From an uncultured Bacilli bacterium (GTDB taxonomy: Bacteria > Bacillota_I > Bacilli_A > RF39 > UBA660), in assembly GCA_947626095.1 (NCBI GenBank), contig CANQQV010000008.1:1-64000 (forward strand): a stretch of DNA of 64,000 nt, in the 5' to 3' direction. The translations under genes were made by a program, and so were the position numbers. This document shows, piece after piece, positions 60,793 through 64,000 of the stretch. Under the pieces are notes generated by a model that worked only from the letters and a program-made list of their open reading frames with translations, did no database searches and had not been told where the DNA came from. Position 1 is the stretch's first letter. Every line of letters begins with the position of its first letter.

Positions 60793-61875
60793 TTATAATA
60801 TTTTAATTAAAATTTCATTCATTACATAAATATATTCAGGATTTATATAAATATACTCACCATCAACAATTAGCTCTTCTTCTTTTAAAGCTTCTTTTAA
60901 ATCAAAGACTTCTTGCATATTTACTTCATATTTTTTAAAGAATTCTTTTAAACTAATTCCTTCCATCTTTCTAAAGCCAAGCATTAATTCATTATACATT
61001 TTATCATCTTTACTTAAGACTTCTTCTTTAAGAAGGAATTCACCATTTATATATTTAGTTAAATTACGTGTATTTTCATATCTTACACCATGAATATATC
61101 CGGAAGCACCTAAACCAAAGCCAAAGTATTCGTTGTTATTCCAATAATTTAAGTTATGACGACTCTTCTTACCTTTTTTAGCAAAATTAGATACTTCGTA
61201 ATGTTCATAATTTTTTAGTTCTAGTTTTTCACAGATGTATTCATACATGGATGCATCTAGTTCTTCAGGAATTGGTAAAATACCACTAATACCTATTTTG
61301 GTATTATCTTCAACTATTAAGGAATAAGTACTAATATGATCAGGATTTAATTTTAAGATTAAATCTAAATCTTTTTTCATATCTTTCATACTCTCTTTAG
61401 GAAGACCATAGATAAAATCGACATTAATATTATCAAAACCCATTTTACGCATTAATTTCATTTTATTAGCTGCATCTTCAAAGGTATGACTTCTTTCCAT
61501 AAATTCTAGCTTTTTTTGATTAAAGGATTCAATACCTATACTTAAGCGATTAACATTGTATTCTTTTAAAAGGGTTAGTAATTCTTCAGTAATATCGTTT
61601 AAATTACATTCAAAGGTAAATTCTAGATCTGGTGATAAGTTAAATTTATTAACAGTTTCAAATAGATATCTTAAATATTTAGCATCTAAAGATGATGGGG
61701 TTCCACCACCAATGTATACTGTTTTAATAAGTTCACCATCATATTTATCTTTGATTTCTTCAACTAAAGCATTTAAGTATGGGACTATCCAAGGTTCATG
61801 ATATAGAACCTTACAAAAATCACAGTAACTACAAATACTTTTACAAAAAGGAAGATGAATATATACACTTTCCAT
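60793..61875 (-). CDS. hemW: Radical SAM heme chaperone HemW (HemN-like)
   Basis: YIHLPFCKSICSYCDF, YIGGGTPS, YEVSNF, HNLNYW, GFGLGASG; near hrcA as in Bacillus. Confidence 0.94.
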   Translation of the reverse strand: MESVYIHLPFCKSICSYCDFCKVLYHEPWIVPYLNALVEEIKDKYDGELIKTVYIGGGTPSSLDAKYLRYLFETVNKFNLSPDLEFTFECNLNDITEELLTLLKEYNVNRLSIGIESFNQKKLEFMERSHTFEDAANKMKLMRKMGFDNINVDFIYGLPKESMKDMKKDLDLILKLNPDHISTYSLIVEDNTKIGISGILPIPEELDASMYEYICEKLELKNYEHYEVSNFAKKGKKSRHNLNYWNNNEYFGFGLGASGYIHGVRYENTRNLTKYINGEFLLKEEVLSKDDKMYNELMLGFRKMEGISLKEFFKKYEVNMQEVFDLKEALKEEELIVDGEYIYINPEYIYVMNEILIKIL

Positions 61876-61912
61876 AAAATCACAACCTTATATCATTATT
61901 ATATCAACCAAA

Positions 61913-63472
61913 TTATTTATTTTCTACTTCTTTACTAATTAAATATTCAAGATTAATTTTTTTATTTTCTTTGATTTTTTTTAGATTATTTTCAATATCT
62001 TTACGAAGATTATCGTTATATTCATTTGAATCTTCAAGACGTTTTTTATAAATTAAAAGCGTATTATAAATATCATTATCTTCACTATCGCGATATTTAA
62101 GACAATATATATAGAAAAGTTCTAAAGTAGCAAGAAAAATGTTATGTTCACTAGCTATATCTAAATATTCTAATGCTTTTGGTTCATCTTTTTTAACACC
62201 AATAGTAATATTACCATTCATATAAAAGTATTTAGCTAAATTATAGTAAGCATAATAACAAAGAGTACGATAGTTACTATTTAGGGCTTCGTTATAGAAA
62301 TAATAAGCTTTTTCTTCATCTTTATCAATTATTCCTTGGCGATAGTATTCCCCTACTTTATTACAAGCCCAGCTTTCGCCTAAAGTAGCAGAATTTAAAT
62401 AATATTTAAAAGCAGTCGAATAATCTTTTTGTTGTTCAGCTAGTTTACCTAAGTTATTTAAAGCAAAAGCATAGGAACTATCTGCAGCTTTAGTAAAGTA
62501 TTTAATAGCTTCTTTTTGATCTTTTTTTAAAGGATAAATACCTTCTAAGTACATATTACCGATTTGATTACAAGCAGCTATATTACCAAGATCATATGAT
62601 TTAAGTAAGAATTCATAACCTTTAGCTAGATCTTCATTAGTTTTTTGACCTAGTAAACCTTTAATATACATATTACCTATCATGTAATTAGCACTAGCAT
62701 GGTTCATAGAGGCGGCTTTAATTAAGTAATTATAAGCTTCTTCATAACGAGGAAATCCTTTAACATAACCATAATATTCATTAGAACCCAATTCAAAATT
62801 GGCATAAGCATTACCTTTAGCAGCTAATTCTTTCATGGAATAATCAAAGTTAATACCTTCTCTTAGTTTTAAAGATAAATACTCTTGTAAATCTAAAGAA
62901 CTAATACTAGTATCATTTAAAACGTTATCGATAACTTCTTTTTTTAATTCATCTTCATACAATGGTTGACGTTTATATAAAACGATATAGATTAATAATT
63001 CGACTAAAGCTTCATAATAGTTATTATTATCAATTAATTTTCTAACTTTATTAGTTAAGTCTTCTTTAACTAAGCGATCGTTTTTAGCAATATTATACAG
63101 TTTATTAGTTAAGTATTTTAAACTATCGTTATTATTGATAAAAGCGATTTTATTTTCTTTGACATTGTATAAGACACCATCGATTATTTCACTTAAACCA
63201 ATTAAGTTGTCAGTAAATTCCGTTTTATCTTTAGCATATCTTTTAACTTTATTTAAGTATATTTGTTTATAATCACTACCAATACTACGGCAACCAACAC
63301 AATAGTTATTAACAGTGGTATCATTAATGCCTTCTATTTCAAATAGGATACAAAATAATTCGCTTTGTAAGGCAGAAGTTTTATTTTTAGATATTTCTTT
63401 AATTAAACGAAATAAGTTACCAATACTTAGGTGTTCATCATTATTATTTAAACGAATAAATTGTTTTTTCAT
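61913..63472 (-). CDS. Sel1-repeat protein with possible N-terminal HTH
   Basis: ANFELG..EYYG, ANYMIGNMYIKG, ACNQIGNMYLEG, ALNNLG, ACNKVGEYYRQG, AYYNLA...MNG. Confidence 0.8.
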   Translation of the reverse strand: MKKQFIRLNNNDEHLSIGNLFRLIKEISKNKTSALQSELFCILFEIEGINDTTVNNYCVGCRSIGSDYKQIYLNKVKRYAKDKTEFTDNLIGLSEIIDGVLYNVKENKIAFINNNDSLKYLTNKLYNIAKNDRLVKEDLTNKVRKLIDNNNYYEALVELLIYIVLYKRQPLYEDELKKEVIDNVLNDTSISSLDLQEYLSLKLREGINFDYSMKELAAKGNAYANFELGSNEYYGYVKGFPRYEEAYNYLIKAASMNHASANYMIGNMYIKGLLGQKTNEDLAKGYEFLLKSYDLGNIAACNQIGNMYLEGIYPLKKDQKEAIKYFTKAADSSYAFALNNLGKLAEQQKDYSTAFKYYLNSATLGESWACNKVGEYYRQGIIDKDEEKAYYFYNEALNSNYRTLCYYAYYNLAKYFYMNGNITIGVKKDEPKALEYLDIASEHNIFLATLELFYIYCLKYRDSEDNDIYNTLLIYKKRLEDSNEYNDNLRKDIENNLKKIKENKKINLEYLISKEVENK

Positions 63473-63599
63473 GTTTTCTCACCACTTTCATTTTAACATA
63501 CTGTGTGGTTTTTTAAAATATAATTTCTTTGTTCTGTGGATTATTGCTGCTTTATATTTACATTAAATAAGCATATGCTTTTATTAAGGAGGAAAAATT

Positions 63600-64000
63600 A
63601 TGAAAAAATTCTGGACAAATTATAAGCAAACAATAATCCTGTTAGCGTCTTTAGTAATTGGAGCGATTGTAGGATTAATATTTAAAGAAAAGACGGAGGT
63701 ATTAAAACCATTTGGTGATTTATTTATGAACTTAATGTTCGTAATAATCATTCCTTTAATCTTTTTAACAATTACAACATCTATAGCTAAGATAAGTGAA
63801 CCAAAAAGATTAAGTAAAGTTATTATTACTATATTTGGCGTATTTATCGTTACATCATTAGTCGCAGTTATCGTTGGATTAGTATCAACCTATTCAATTA
63901 AATTAGTTAATCCAAGTGACTCAGAAGCGATTATGGAAACATTAGGTGAAAGTGCTGAATCTGAGAAAGTTGAATTAAATATTCTAGAAAGGACAGTTCA
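63600..64000 (+). CDS. Dicarboxylate/amino acid:cation symporter (DAACS), partial, runs off the window end
   Basis: aaggagg RBS; MKKFWTNYKQTIILLASLVIGAIVGL...LKPFGDLFMNLMFVIIIPLIF..ITTSIA. Confidence 0.88.
   Translation, partial: MKKFWTNYKQTIILLASLVIGAIVGLIFKEKTEVLKPFGDLFMNLMFVIIIPLIFLTITTSIAKISEPKRLSKVIITIFGVFIVTSLVAVIVGLVSTYSIKLVNPSDSEAIMETLGESAESEKVELNILERTV

Overview
Very AT-rich chromosomal segment from a reduced-genome Firmicute, most like the uncultured Bacilli of the RF39/UBA660 type. This assignment is an inference from Bacillus-like gene order, standard genetic code and many lineage-specific orphan membrane proteins. Almost all genes are on the minus strand. The housekeeping backbone follows Bacillus subtilis synteny: hemW...hrcA-grpE-dnaK-dnaJ...mtaB; recD2-(yrzQ-like)-AI-2E-alaS; dnaG-sigA-trmK-(yqfQ-like); valS; xseA-xseB...spoIVB. 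It also carries tRNA-Leu(TAG), a CAT-anticodon tRNA (Ile2-like), two T-box leaders and CIRCE operators. Notable items: (1) a variable surface-protein locus at about 33.5-37.6 kb, where an Rpn/PD-(D/E)XK gene with an internal start site, a 5'-decapitated surface-protein gene and a thioester-domain adhesin are linked by a repeated SigH-like promoter/RBS cassette; (2) a MurD2-MurL L-Glu epimerase route for peptidoglycan; (3) a bacterial Tam41/Mmp37 CDP-DAG synthase homolog; (4) three paralogous membrane proteins with Asn-rich cytoplasmic parts and a shared Cys-paired extracellular domain; (5) passenger genes inside both T-box operons and the heat-shock operon; (6) a valS T-box with no canonical terminator; (7) a degenerate PilB-like ATPase with a long acidic tail; (8) sporulation remnants with no spo0A next to spoIVB. 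No CRISPR array, rRNA, integrase or intact IS was seen. All calls come from motif recognition by eye; no searches were run.
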